Assembly: GCA_032718475.1 (NCBI GenBank)
Contig: JAUCBJ010003330.1
Location: 1 to 64,000, forward strand
DNA: 64,000 nt
Reading direction: 5' to 3'
DNA from: Nemertoderma westbladi
Lineage: Eukaryota; Animalia; Xenacoelomorpha
Part shown: positions 24,625 to 37,326 of the stretch, piece after piece
Layout of the letters: every line of letters starts with the position of its first letter
Position numbering within the stretch: the first letter of the stretch is position 1
Made by a program: the position numbers and the translations under genes
Notes under the pieces: generated by a model
What the model saw: only the letters and a program-made list of their open reading frames with translations
What the model was told of the DNA's origin: nothing
Database searches by the model: none

Positions 24625-25399
24625 CCCTTTCGGTACCTAACTGGAAATTATTCAAATCCCCAAGTGCCCAAGTCTAATTCATGAATTTCTGAAGTCTGTC
24701 TGTCTTTCTGTCAGTTTGTCTGTCAAGACTTTAGAAATAATAGAATCTACTAACAGTCTCACTATAGGGGTTTTCCTTCTCAAGGATTTCATTTCCGCTG
24801 TCAGTTTTCACTTTTGACCCTATCCAGACTGTCTGTCAGTCTGTCTGTCGGTCTGTCTGTCCGTCAAAAATATAAGGAATCACATTAGCTAATTAAAATT
24901 ATCGTTATGGGGGTTTTCCTGGTCAAGGATTTCATTTCCACTTGTAGTTTTCACTTTTTACCCTATCCAGACAGTCTGTCGGTCTCTCTGCCGACTGTCT
25001 GTCCGTCAAAAATATAAGGAATCATATTAGCTAATTAAAATTATCGCTATGGGGTTTTCCTGGTCAAGGATTACATTTCCGCTGTCAGTTTTCACTTTTG
25101 ACCCTATCCAGACCGTCTGTCGGTCTGGTCTGTCGGTCAGTCTGTCCAATTTGAAAACTAACAACAGGGTTTACCTTATTGCTGCAGTCTGGCAGTCTGT
25201 AAGCAGGTCTGCAGTAAGCCTACTGTAGTTAAAGTGCAGTAGATACAAGCTGAAATGCGCCACTAACATATAGAAGCATATACTTATTAGTCCAGCAACA
25301 TTTTCCCTTCTTAGAAATTGAATAAATGTCATGGAACAGACGTATGTGTCATGGCGCTCTACCCATGGAACAGACGTATGTGCCATGGTACCGAAAGGG
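24625..25399. mobile_element. Non-autonomous piggyBac-like element
   Basis: TTAA|CCCTTTCGGTACC ... GGTACCGAAAGGG|TTAA; internal ~130-bp tandem repeats at 24760-25140. Confidence 0.85.
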
Positions 25400-25649
25400 T
25401 TAACCTTATTTTTGCTAAACCCATTAACAGCGGTGTGATATGCACTACTTTATTTCGTAATTTTTATAAGGGAACTCCTCCAGTAAAGGTCACTAGAGGG
25501 ATATCTTTCGTCGGGTGTGTGCGAAGTTCGAAAGACACTTATCCGATCACTTAGGTGCTTCCCTAGTAGAATGCCTACCTCCCTTCCCACGTGACTTCCG
25601 GTTTCGCTCGGGGAACCTGATGTCGAGTGAGTTGACTGTTGAAGATTTG

Positions 25650-26304
25650 TGTTAGACCCCGGAACCAGTGTAACAAATAAGGGGGTTCAATTTGACTTGT
25701 AGTAAGTACAATGGCATTTACAAGGCAATAACTAATATCTCTCACCAATAATAGCTATTGAACATACCCGGTGCGAAGCGAAGTGGCGTAATACCAATAA
25801 CACTATAATATAAGGTACAATGATAAATAGGCAAGGTGACACTTAATGTAGAAATGCACCTATGGAATGAAGTTCTTAATCGTAAACACAATATTATCAA
25901 TAATACACCTAATATTGACAATAATCACTTCTAAACATCTAACTAATCTCTAATAATAATAGAAATAGTACTTTCACCTGTTATACACCAAAATGTTAGC
26001 TACCCTCTCTCAGCCGTGAGTAGTTCCCAGTAAACCCCCCATCTATTAATAGTCCCTTTCATTGTTACAAACAACCGATTATGTTGACCTTACTGTATTA
26101 TACCTCCTACAGTACTTATTACATCATTATTGTTCGGTGTGTCGATACGCAATATCTAATAGTGGGTTTTGGGCCTCAATATGAGTTCACACCTTCTTCA
26201 TGATTTTATTAATCATGTCATACCACTACTCACTGTAGCCAATAGTTCATCCACAGTTGTTACTAATTGTGTCGTTTATTAGTTTGGGATTATACTCCCT
26301 AACA
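25650..26304. mobile_element. Probable solo LTR (655 bp)
   Basis: TGTTAG...CTAACA inverted termini; flanks ATTTG and ATTTT resemble a 5-bp TSD with one mismatch. Confidence 0.5.
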
Positions 26305-26878
26305 ATTTTAAATTTTTTTCAAATTCTAAAACTAAACTTCGCACCGTTCAAGGTTGACGTCTCAAATCCACTCAATATATTTAATAAAACTGATTTCTCA
26401 TGAATATAAGATTAGTAGATAATAATTAAATTAATTAAATATTGCCTATGAAATTATTGTATATATTTATTTTCACGAAATGTGCTTTCGACTTTATATT
26501 CGAAAAAAGTAAATTTCGAAAAATTTTTCAATTTCGTAGATTGTATTATATCAATGCAATGAGTTAATATAATCACTAATTTATATTGTATTGTGAAATT
26601 CTGGCCCTTGTCAGAAGTTCAAGTTATGCAGGTTATTTAGGGCAGGTTACAGGGACGGATATTATATAAAGGGCCACCAGCGATTCATTCATTTGTATTT
26701 TGTAATTGACTGTAAATTATTGCAGTTAGGAAAGGTCTCAACACCATTCTGAATAGATTATTGGCTTGCATTACTGTATATCAACTTTGTCATATTATAT
26801 ATTATTCAGTAATATTGTATGATAATACATGGTAAGTCTATATTATTTGCCTTACCCCCAACGCCAAATCAATATACT

Positions 26879-27395
26879 GTTATTGTGGGACGAGCCACGA
26901 AAGTAAGCGAGGTTAGCTTACGGATAACACAATCTCAATCGGTGTGTCTGTCCAGTTTGACAATTGAAATATCGGAATGTGAAAATCTTTTCTCATTTCG
27001 TAATTTGTTATCCCTTCAGGATGAAACTTGGCGGATATACAGTACATACATGCTAAGCCATCCATAGGCTGCGTCTTGTTGGTATGGTAATCCCTCGGCA
27101 GTTCTCCAGTCTACCGCTGCTCGTGCGCTAAAAATATGAAAACATTTTAGAAATGACTGTAATAAACACCTTGCACCTTCATATTAGTGTATATAACTTT
27201 CTTCCTGATGGATACGCTTGCACATGCACATACAGTACATTCTAGACTTTTTTGTGGTCTTAAATCGACTGCAGTTACCCAGTCTGCATCGAGGTGGTAA
27301 AGTGATTAGGGGACATCTTCTTATATTTTGCATATAATTCTTTCGAGGTGATAATTAACATAAGTTTATGTCACGTGCTGCGCGAAGGCCCCATT
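26879..27395 (+). mobile_element. Possible non-autonomous Helentron/DINE-like repeat
   Basis: TTATT start, short CGAA-hairpin region and TGTCTGTCC microsatellite-like stretch; its end GTGCTGCGCGAAGGCCCCA recurs at 51827-51845. Confidence 0.3.
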
Positions 27396-27739
27396 TCGAG
27401 TTTGTTGTAGTTCGAGTGTTCGAATGTTCGAATGTTCGACGTTAAGATACAAATGTTTGTATTATATTCGCCCGAACTCAGTCTCCCTCTTAGAAACAAC
27501 ACCTGTACTAGAAATACATAGTCGGCGTCTGCGGAACTCCACTACAATTAATCTCCAATTTTCTCTCTAACCGATTCCAGTTTGTTTCCGTAGACTACTC
27601 CCTCTCTCCCTAATGTGGCCTCCCTCAAGGAGGAACTCTATATCCCAACTTATCTTTCTAATATACATACATTAACGACTTACCTAATGCTACATCTCTA
27701 CTAACTAACTACCTTGTTTGCTGACGATACCATACTCAT

Positions 27740-30010
27740 GTGTAAAAAAACTGAAATGACTATTTTCTCAAAAACCAAGTAACACTACAGACTTGCCAGC
27801 TATAAAAATAAACAACCAAATAATAAATATGACTCATAGTGACAAATTCCTCGGCGTGTATATAGATAGTAATATTAACTGAAAACCTCATATAAAATAT
27901 AGTCTATAAAGAAAATCTCAAAATCAGCTGGAATATTCTATAAGCTACGCTATATCTTCCCACTGCACATTCTTCGTTAGTTATACTTCACAGTAATTCA
28001 TCCCTATCTAACCTATTATGGCATTATTCTCCGGGGCAGTGCTCAACCTAGCATACTAAAACCAATACATACAAAAATAAATAGAATAATTAGATGTATA
28101 ACTTTTAGCGACTATAGATCCTCATCTGCCCCCAGATATAAATCTCTTAATTTACCCCCTTTAGACACATTGTATCAATTTCACGTAGGACGCTTTATGT
28201 ACGAAGTAGACTCCAATCTCTCGCCACCATCTATTCTAGAACTCTTTAATAAAACTACCTCTATACATAAATCTATCTGGTCAGTAGGAAAAGGTTTCTC
28301 TTTAAAATATACAGACTCGGGATTAAAGGTAAAACATTCGGAATAATTAAAGACCTCCTCTGTAACTGCTTCCGAGTTTCCGATGGACTCCGTTACTCCG
28401 AATTCATAGAACACCTCCGAGGTATTCTACAGGGAGACTGTTTATCCCCAACATGCTCCGCTCTCTCTCTCTCGCCGACCTATCCACTGTCATAGAAAAC
28501 ATTGCTGCAACAGTAAAATATATTTTTTACGCCGACGACCTTTGTGCTCTACGGTAGAAAACAAGAAGAAATCCAAGCAGTGTTAAATTAGATTGAAAAA
28601 TAGTGTCAATCCAATGGAATGGAAGTAAACTTAATCAAAACGAAAATTATCAAATTTAGAAAGGGTGTATCCCTCCGTGCAACTGATAAATTCACATACG
28701 GTTCACATACGTCAGTCAACTTTACTAACCACTATGAATACCTCGGTGTTATTCTACAACACTCGCTCACATTCACAAACCATAATAATTTCAACTAAGA
28801 AACAAAAGGGTTTCGGTATAATCGGATCTCTTAGACAATTCCCCCCTACTCTCCATAGAAACTGGTATCAAAATCTTTAAATCCAAAATCGATCCATAAT
28901 CCTTCGCTGCTATCGGGAGATATTTGAGTATCTTCTGCTCATCTTCGAGAAATCGACAAGGTAAAACTGCTTTTATAAAACAAATGCTCTCAGTACACAG
29001 ACCAACGTCATCGACTACAGTATGGTTTAAAAACTTGTTCAACAAGAAACTTTTACAGAATCAATTTTACAGCTATTTCGTGGCATATTTAACAATGATG
29101 CTGTGGCTGCATAATATTGTGCTTACCGAGAGGAACAATAACTAAACTTTGCCAACGAATCATATTCAGATGGTCCTGGCTTCACATCAAACAGCTGGAA
29201 ACTGGCAAATCAGACCAACAGACACGTTATTACCCGCACAACTTCGCACGGTTTTCACTTCTTGCTTTGCACCAATAAAAAATCCTTACACAAGTTATGC
29301 GAGGACTGCCTATACAAATACAGCAAACATTCGTGCCAAGACCGCTACCATTGCCTAAGTTGCAAGGAGTGTCCAAAGTTATCTATATTTATTATTATAT
29401 TACCGCTTACTTTAATCCCCTTTAAACTTATTAGGTATATTTATATTACTTCTGGAGCCGGCGTTTTGTATACTGAATTGATTGTGTATTTATATCAGAT
29501 TTATATAATTAACCACCAAATTAAATTTACCGCGTCCTGGGGTGTATCTATAAAAAAAATAACTATTCTACCCGAACGGCAGCTCGCGGCGACTACTGTA
29601 CTGTACTCAGATATAGGGGGGGGGGGGGGAAACTGGACGCAATAAAAACCCTCTCCAGGGGAAATTGGACGCAAATAACAGATGATTACTATAAAAAATA
29701 AAACTGTAACCAGTTCTATTGTGTTTAGTTTATTGTTTTGGTTCAAATATCGTGCCACTGTAACCTGCTCCATTCCCTAAATTGATAATTTAACATTGAG
29801 GCGGGATATTAATTCGCCAAGGCGGGTTTTGAGTCCAGTTTCACCCCGTGTCTCACTGTACTACATACAAACTGCTAAGCTATCCTCCACTCAACGATCT
29901 ATGAGTTTTCAAGGTCCCCTGATTTGGAACAACATTCCCTCAGTCATTCGGTCCCTAAAAACAAAATTAAATTTTAGCAAAAAATTAAAATCAACTTATT
30001 ACCATCTATT
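27740..30010 (+). mobile_element. Decayed L2/Crack (CR1-group) LINE 3' region in two pieces (~27740-28260 and ~29855-30010)
   Basis: KFLGVYIDSNIN*KPHI, ISKSAGIFYKLR and LYFTVIHPYL.Y; later SMSFQGPLIWNNIP..IRSL....FSKKLK. Confidence 0.7.
28400..29400 (+). mobile_element. Decayed non-LTR RT fragment of a different clade, nested in the L2-like element
   Basis: GILQGDCLSP, FYADDL, NGMEVNLIKTKIIKFRKG, YEYLGV and C-terminal Cys/His motifs (CEDC...RYHCLSC). Confidence 0.65.
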
Positions 30011-30867
30011 TAATTCACTGTGTATAACCTACCTTTATATATATTTATTTAAAAAAAAAGAATTACTTTTACCTTTTTGGCCATAATAGAAAGAATTGTA
30101 TTTCTTGAATCAAAACAATATATTGCGCCTAGCATATGTATGACTGAGCCATGAAGGTTAATTACAAAATTTTAAATTTTAATCCGAAACATATAGAAAA
30201 CTACTATTCTCGAATCTGGAAGAACCAATTTGTTCCCTCGTACCCCAAACCACCCCCCCCCCATCCCTATCTTCCCGCTTGTCGCCATCCAATACTTCAT
30301 CATGTCCTTTCTCAACTGCAGCGGCTTACCTAAAATATTAATTATACATACTTATGTGCAATTTGTAACCTTATGAAGTGTCGGAAGAAAGAAAATAAAA
30401 TATATATATTATTAGTTGAAATATACTTCAGTAAACTACCGGTATATTTTGTTATATTGTATATTTACTATGTTTGTACCGTACAGGATATATTTATATA
30501 ATTTTCAAATGGATCTGAATCAAATATATTAAATTGAATTTGGGTTCGATCCCTGCTGGCGGCAAATTTTATTTTTGTAATATTATACTTCTAAAGAGTC
30601 CTGCCTAAATTAACGCGTGTCATGATGTATAATATGGTGACATGGGGTAGTAGGGCCGAGGAAGATGAGGTAACGGTAGTCTGAGGGGTGCGGAGTGAGG
30701 CTCGAGTCGACGCATGAGTTACAAGAATAAGTGATTAATAAATAATAGAATAAAAATATATACATTCTGGCTGCAACAAGCGCGAAATCGCGCAAATGTC
30801 CGCATGAACTAACGCGCGTACTGTCCCCTTGAATGGCTTACTACCAATCTTACAACAAAAAACATTC

Positions 30868-30940
30868 ACCGCAATGGGGGATTGAACTCGGTACCTAGAA
30901 ATTCCAAGTTCCACGCTCTGCCAACTGAGCTAGGGCTGGG
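30868..30940 (-). mobile_element. tRNA-derived SINE head (Pro-like TGG loop), degenerate
   Basis: Minus strand TAGCTCAGTTGGCAGAGCG ... GAGTTCAATCCC with a poor acceptor stem, followed by a T-run. Confidence 0.55.
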
Positions 30941-31139
30941 GTAAAACAGACTGTAAACAAGGGGGGAAAAGAATTACGCGGAAAAATGACCAGAGAGGGA
31001 GGAAAAACGTAGAGAGGAAGGAAAAACGCAATAATGTATTTTTGTACCATACATATTTTTATTATAATTTTTATACATTTATATATATTGAAACATCAAT
31101 ATTAATATTATGTGAGATCATATAATATAAACTGTTCGC

Positions 31140-32255
31140 TGCCATGGCCGGCTCCCTCCAACGGGAGTGGGCCTACCTCCAGCGCGTAACCCCAGACTGT
31201 GACGACGAGTACCAGGTGCTGGAGGACGCGCTGACTGAGCGTTTCCTTCCCGCAGTGTTTGGCGGACCGATCTCCCCAAACAAGCGTTGTCTGTTCGGCC
31301 TCTCCCCTCGCACTGCAGGTCTCGGACTGCGGAACCCGGTGTCCGAGGCGGCCCACTCGTTCGACATATCGCGAGCTGGAACCTGGACTATCGCTATTGG
31401 GAGATCGGCAGTTCTCGCTCACGGACCACCGTAACTGTTTACAGCGAGCGCGGAAAGAAAGACGGGACCAACAGCTCGGAAGGGAGAAGGCCAGTCTGGA
31501 GGCTGTGCTGGATGAGTTCCCACAGGCCCGCCGTCGGACGGTCGATCGCGCCGCCAACTTCCGCTCCAGTGGGTGGATTTCCTCCCTCCCGATAGCCGAA
31601 CACCAACTTGATCTCTCCCCCATGTGCCGAGTCGGTGCGACGGGTGCGGGGCCGCCTTCGATTTAAACCACGATATAAATTGTAAAAAAGGCGGCCTCGT
31701 AATCCAAAGACATAACGAGCTCCGGGATGTGGTCGGCGATCTCGCGGCGCGCGCGTTCGGGCCCAGGAACGTCACCCTCGAGCCGGTGGTCCGCGAACAG
31801 CAGGGAGTAGACGGAACATCAGGCCATCGGTGTGATGTGGGGATTCGGGGTGCGCTAAACCCGCAGACCCAGGCGTTGATCGATATTCGGGTTGTAAACC
31901 TTGACGCCGGGTCATATGCGGGTCGCACCCCAATGTCTGTCCTCGAGTCGGCCGAAGACCAGAAGAAGAGGCTGTACGCGGACGCAGTGACGGCCCGACG
32001 GGGCGACTTCTCGCCGTTCGTCGCCTCCTGCGACGGAGTTCTCGCGCCGCAAGCGAACCATCTTCTCCGTGTGGTGGCAGACCGGCTGCACCGATCGTGG
32101 GGGCGGCCCTAAAGCGTCACAATGGGCTGGATCCGTACGCGGGTTCAGTTGGCTATTATTAGAGGGGCCACCCACTGTCTGCGGGGCTGCCGCACTAAGT
32201 GGAGGAGCGCTCAGGGGCCGGATGATGGCGCAGGGTTACCAGAAAGCTTGCAACC
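31140..32255 (+). mobile_element. CRE-like non-LTR retrotransposon 3' fragment with restriction-like endonuclease
   Basis: LQREWAYLQRV, GLGLRNP, SGWISSLP, CDGC..H...CKKGG, RHNELRD, RCDV, IDIRV, E..KK..Y and FSPFV: the CCHC plus PD-(D/E)xK RLE layout; frameshifted and GC-rich. Confidence 0.8.
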
Positions 32256-33497
32256 GGTATAGTACTGTAGTACAAGCGCTGCTTTATACAGCGGCGTGTT
32301 AATAGGTATGAATTTTGTAAATAGTGTTGCCTGGCAACGATATTGGTGTAGGTAGGATGTGGTGGAGGTGTATAGACTGTATAGTGTATATTTATGCTGA
32401 TATATACATCTAAAGTTAATATACGGACTATATCACTTAAAAAAAAATATATAATATACATGATGTACATTATATAGTAACCTATACAAATTTAACTTAT
32501 TCAACAAATAATTTATAGGCCTTGCGAAATCATCTTACACGTATTTGTAAAAGTCATTCAGTACCTTTTAGAGCTACTGCGGCCGTATCAATCCTTAATA
32601 CCAAAACCTAACGAGAAATTAATAACAACGACAACGGAGTGAATACTAGAGGTCTCGGACCTAAAAAGTCGATATCGCTCACGATATCGCAAATTTTTCA
32701 TGATTCTGCCACTCGCTTTTGGTTGTATGAAATTGAATCGGTAGGTTTGTACTATGTATTTTAGTTTTGTTCTGTACTTAATTCTATAATCAAATTTGTT
32801 TAGTAGCAAATCTATATGCAGATTGACTTTATTCGTTTCGTTTCAACGCAACAATGTTGTGCCTTACAAAAACAATTATTCATCAATATTTATGAGAGAC
32901 CGTAAAGAAGCAGATCCAAGTTATAGTATAGTAAGTTATAGTAAGTTAGAATGCATCAGTGGGTTGTAGCAACGGAAGCAGCAACCATAGGATTACCAAA
33001 AGAATTAAAATCTTGAAATCCCTAACTAACCTTTGAAATATCTTTTATAAGTTAACTATTAACCGGAACTGCTAGCTTTCCAACATATCATACATGTGAT
33101 AATGAACTTTTTATCCTCATTTATTCAGGCATTTTATTCCGGCTTGCTTTTATACAGTATTTTGTAGCACGAAAACTCTTATTAGCAGATAGGGAATGAA
33201 GTTGGTGGGACTCTTGAGGCCATTAAAGTTAAATAGAATATTGATTTCTAAACTTATACGTTCTCAGTTGCATCCATTTATTCAACAGTTAAACCAGTTA
33301 ATTAAGCCGATATTCTGTTTATTTATTATTACCAAATCTATATGAATATGTACAGTATAATCACCATGTATGTATGTACAATATGTTGCACGTCGTCAGA
33401 TTTCACTCGCGTAGACTGCTTTTGGGCTCAATTAAAGGATTTAATGAAGGCAAGGAAGGGTCTTTCACCACGTGGATATAAAAATGGAAGTTAATTA

Positions 33498-33543
33498 TTT
33501 ACCGTATGGCCATTTCACCCTCGCGGGCGTCTTCAGCGGTAAA
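33498..33543 (-). ncRNA. Minimal type-I hammerhead ribozyme (Penelope-like element pLTR type)
   Basis: Minus strand TTTACCG-CTGAAGA-C-GCCC(GCGA)GGGT-GAAA-TGGCCA-TA-CGGTAAA: 7-bp stem I, intact core, GNRA-capped stem II, palindromic stem III and an AUA cleavage triplet. Confidence 0.8.
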
Positions 33544-34459
33544 ATCAATTAAAATAGTGTTAAAATATAATTAAATTTAAAAAATAGTTCACAATTTAAA
33601 AGTTTAGGGTACCTATCAAGCAGCATTTACAGTTAATTAATGGGAAATTTACATTGAAATATTAATTAGGGCCTAATTAGAACAGTGAAACGTTGTGAGT
33701 ACCGGTAGTGCAGTTGCATAGTTGTGGTGGGGCTACAACCTTAGCACTGACTGCCGGTCAGCAGGTTGCATCCGTGTACCGTGTGTACGATACTGTTGCA
33801 ATTTTACAGTAGATGCTAAAAAAATATCCAAGTAAACATAATTTATACAGTAGGTAGTTAATGATAAGGAATGATTGATAATATTGATGGGATGACTGAT
33901 AAGGATATCTTAGAAATAGAGTTGCAGCTAAATGCAAACCAGATATGTACTAAAGCCGAACAGCGGGAACATGTACATGTACAACTTTACCGAGAGCGTG
34001 ACAATGTCCGACTCAACGATAAAGATGTAATGTACAGAACAATTCATTATAAAACGTAATTACAGTATAAATAGTAAATAGTTAATAAACTAATAACTTA
34101 CTGTAGGACTATTGTACCTATTTTTACATTGCACACGGAGGTGAGATTTAACTGCAGATTTAAAAGAATGTTGATTATTTAGGTTTTTAATTTCATTAGG
34201 CAGAGCGTTCCAATTTTTAATGCCTTTAAAAAATAAAGTATCAGATTCGAAGGATTTACAATTAGAGTGGTATTGCCAGACCTGCCTATATAATAGAGAC
34301 AGGGTACCCCCAAAGCAGACTGATTCGGATCATCCGAGACCGTTAGACTCGCGGCCCCCCATGGGTAGGTTACAGGAAGAAGATGAGCCAAACGATCCCG
34401 GGTTCGAGATCTATATAGATCGAGGTCTGTAGACAGTTCGACTGGTTGGGTAAGTCTCA

Positions 34460-35568
34460 TGTAAAAGCTTTTGCGGACATATCAAGTCATTTTCACGCAA
34501 TGCGCAGAATACTCTAAAATAGTCCTCAAATTGTTCAGCTACGCATCGGAAAGAAGTTAGAACCAAGATGACGAAATCTGTCAGCTGATTCTCTGTGTAC
34601 GTGGAGGTTTCTTTGTTCTGTCTTATTCAGCCAATCAGAGCAATTTTCACTTTACGGCTAACAGAGACCTACCTGAGAAACTCGCGCAATGCATGATGGT
34701 CATTATTTTTCTGAGAATTAGATTCAGCTCAGAATTCTGGGCTTCTGTACCGAAGTTTCAGACTTTGGCCCGGGAATATCTGATGGCCTTGGTTATAGGA
34801 ACGTAAATCTATTAACTGAATCATCACTGAACATAACTGCATCATACTGGTCATACATTTCATATGACTCTCATTTCACATCTGTTCACCGCACTGTTTT
34901 ACTTCTGTTTTATATAGTATTAATTGTTGTTTATACTAATGGATGTTATATTTGGAGAATAACGATAAATAATCATAAACCCCTCAATCTTATTGATTAC
35001 TGAGGTAAGAGGAAAAGAGTATACCGGTAGCAACTGCGACTTAAATTATAGTGGTTTTTGTGAATTAAATGCTATTTCATAATCCCTACGTGTGTCAGTT
35101 GCAATTATATATGATCAAATTCAGTGACGGTCGGCAAATTAGTGTGAAGTAGTGTAAAGTATTGTGAAGTCGTGTGAAGTAGTGTGAAGGTTAATAAAGC
35201 ATCTCCTAAAGAATGCGCTATTTACGAAACTCTGTGGCCATCTAGTTGTGATTAGTATAAGTCATAACTCTGTTTTTATACTTAAAGCGCCACGTCCTAA
35301 AGGAACTGTTAATATTTCCCCGAAAGTAAATATAGTTGTCAGAGATTATATAGTAGCGATCAATCGAATAATACAGAGTAGTCTACACTGCAATACTTCC
35401 TAAGGAACCCAAATCCAGTCTCCCACACCGTGGGTCATACGCATGGACTGGCTTCGGCAGATGTAACTTCAGTATACCAGGTAATTGGTAAGGGCTAAAG
35501 TCGATTTATAAACAAAAGGACAATTAAAATTGGCAGGTTAAACTGCTAAAGGTCTAAAAGCACGAACA
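34460..35568 (+). repeat. 5' LTR of BEL/Pao element 1
   Basis: TGTAAAAGCTTTTGCGGACATA...AAAGCACGAACA, homologous to 47481-48489 plus 50051-50102. Confidence 0.9.
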
Positions 35569-37326
35569 TTAATAGATTTTGTTCTTTATTGTGCAGTAGG
35601 CAATAAAGTCGAATGTACCGGTAGGACGGTAAACTGTAGGCCTAATAACCCGAACCGGTACTTACCTAGTATTATTTCGATTGTGATATATTAGTAGGCT
35701 GTTTAAGAGAGTAGGGACTGTACACCCCTTATTTCTTTTAGAGCTTACATATTTCTGTCAGTTTTATTTTCAGTTTTATTTCTGTCAGTATAATATTCAG
35801 CAGAAGGCGTGTAAGCCTGCTCAGATTGTATAAATAATTTGTAGGTCGGATTGTTGTCTAACTGTTGTTAGGTCTGAGGCGATTGCAGTGTATGTAGAGT
35901 GTCTGTCCGATAAAGTGCTAGTTAGGAAGGTGGAGGCATCCAGTGCTGTAAGGTAAATCCTCCCCGAAAGAATAAGCCGTACTACTTGGTTAGAACGCCT
36001 ACTAACTAACCATTTCGGAGTTTGCATATACTGTAGTTTATTTAGGCTTGACAGTAGTCTGCCAGCATTTGGTCTGTGTTTTATTTGAATAGTCTGTACG
36101 GGTAGCGTAATATTTATTAATCAGAGTTTATGCGAGTATTCGCAACCTCCAACTCCCCAAGTTAATTCCTTACAGTAATTGTGCTTGTTATACATACCGT
36201 TATAGTTAAAATACCCCAGTACTACATCAGGGCTGCTTGGCGTAGGTAAAGACTGGTGATTTTGTGCTCCGGTCACTCCAGCAGATACCGTGGTTCTTTT
36301 GGCTGTTCACGTATATTTAACTGCTGGTTATTTGTTGTATAAGTACTTGTACCTAATTTAGGGTTTAGAGTACAGTGCTTTCCGAAAGTAATTTAGTGTA
36401 TTGGCGGTATATTTGTGTTGTAACGTAGTTAATAGGTCCGTTACCTCTGGTTGGCTTCGATAATTAACCTCTAGGTATAGGACACTCCGGGTACATAATG
36501 TAGTACTTATAGTTTAAGACTATAAGTCGTCAGACGGTGGCATTTCCTTATCTGGACAACGCAACTTACTTACTACTAATTTATTGGTTTCAAATACCGT
36601 AATTTCCTGTCAGTTAGTAAGAACCAGAAATTCTAACTCCTTGTTAGGCTGGTTTGTAGATTTCTTGTTAAATTACCCTAAAAAATTGTACATGTAACTT
36701 GTTTATTGTTTATTTAGAGATTGTGTAATCTCAACCCGATTCGTAAGTAATTGTAGTGATAAGTAACTTAGTTAAGTAGAATTATCAGTATCAGTGTCTA
36801 ACAAGTAGCACTCCACTGAAAGCGTTCAGCTTCTGTGTAGTGACTTCTTACACAGAAATAATAACATTTATTTCAAATATTGACAAAACCCATTACGGGT
36901 ATATATATATTTATAAATCAACTCAACCAGATTTATAAAATAGTAGGCCTGTTATACATCAATTAGGTCTTAATATCAGTTGAACTACTGCTTAATATCA
37001 GTAATAAAGTAAAGGGAAGTAATCCCTAAAATTCAGAAAATCAGTTATTATTAAATAATTGACATTACCGGTATTTACGGAAAGCTTTATTATATTTTTT
37101 ATAAATTAGGCTAAACTTATATGCCGGTATTCTGTGACTGATCCTTAGTCTGTAATAATACTTATATATATACTATAAGTGTATACTGGTATTCTAATAT
37201 TAAATATATACCACTTTACATTGAGTAGCGATATCGGTAACTACTAGGCTGACAGTTGATACTGCTTTCCCCTAGACTTGCTTTAACTGTTATTATAGTA
37301 GTAGGCATTCAACTGTAAAATAAATC

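Noticed and set aside
34090-34432. PHD-finger-like WYCQTC ORF next to the LTR
   Set aside because: Only half a motif and no coherent gene model.
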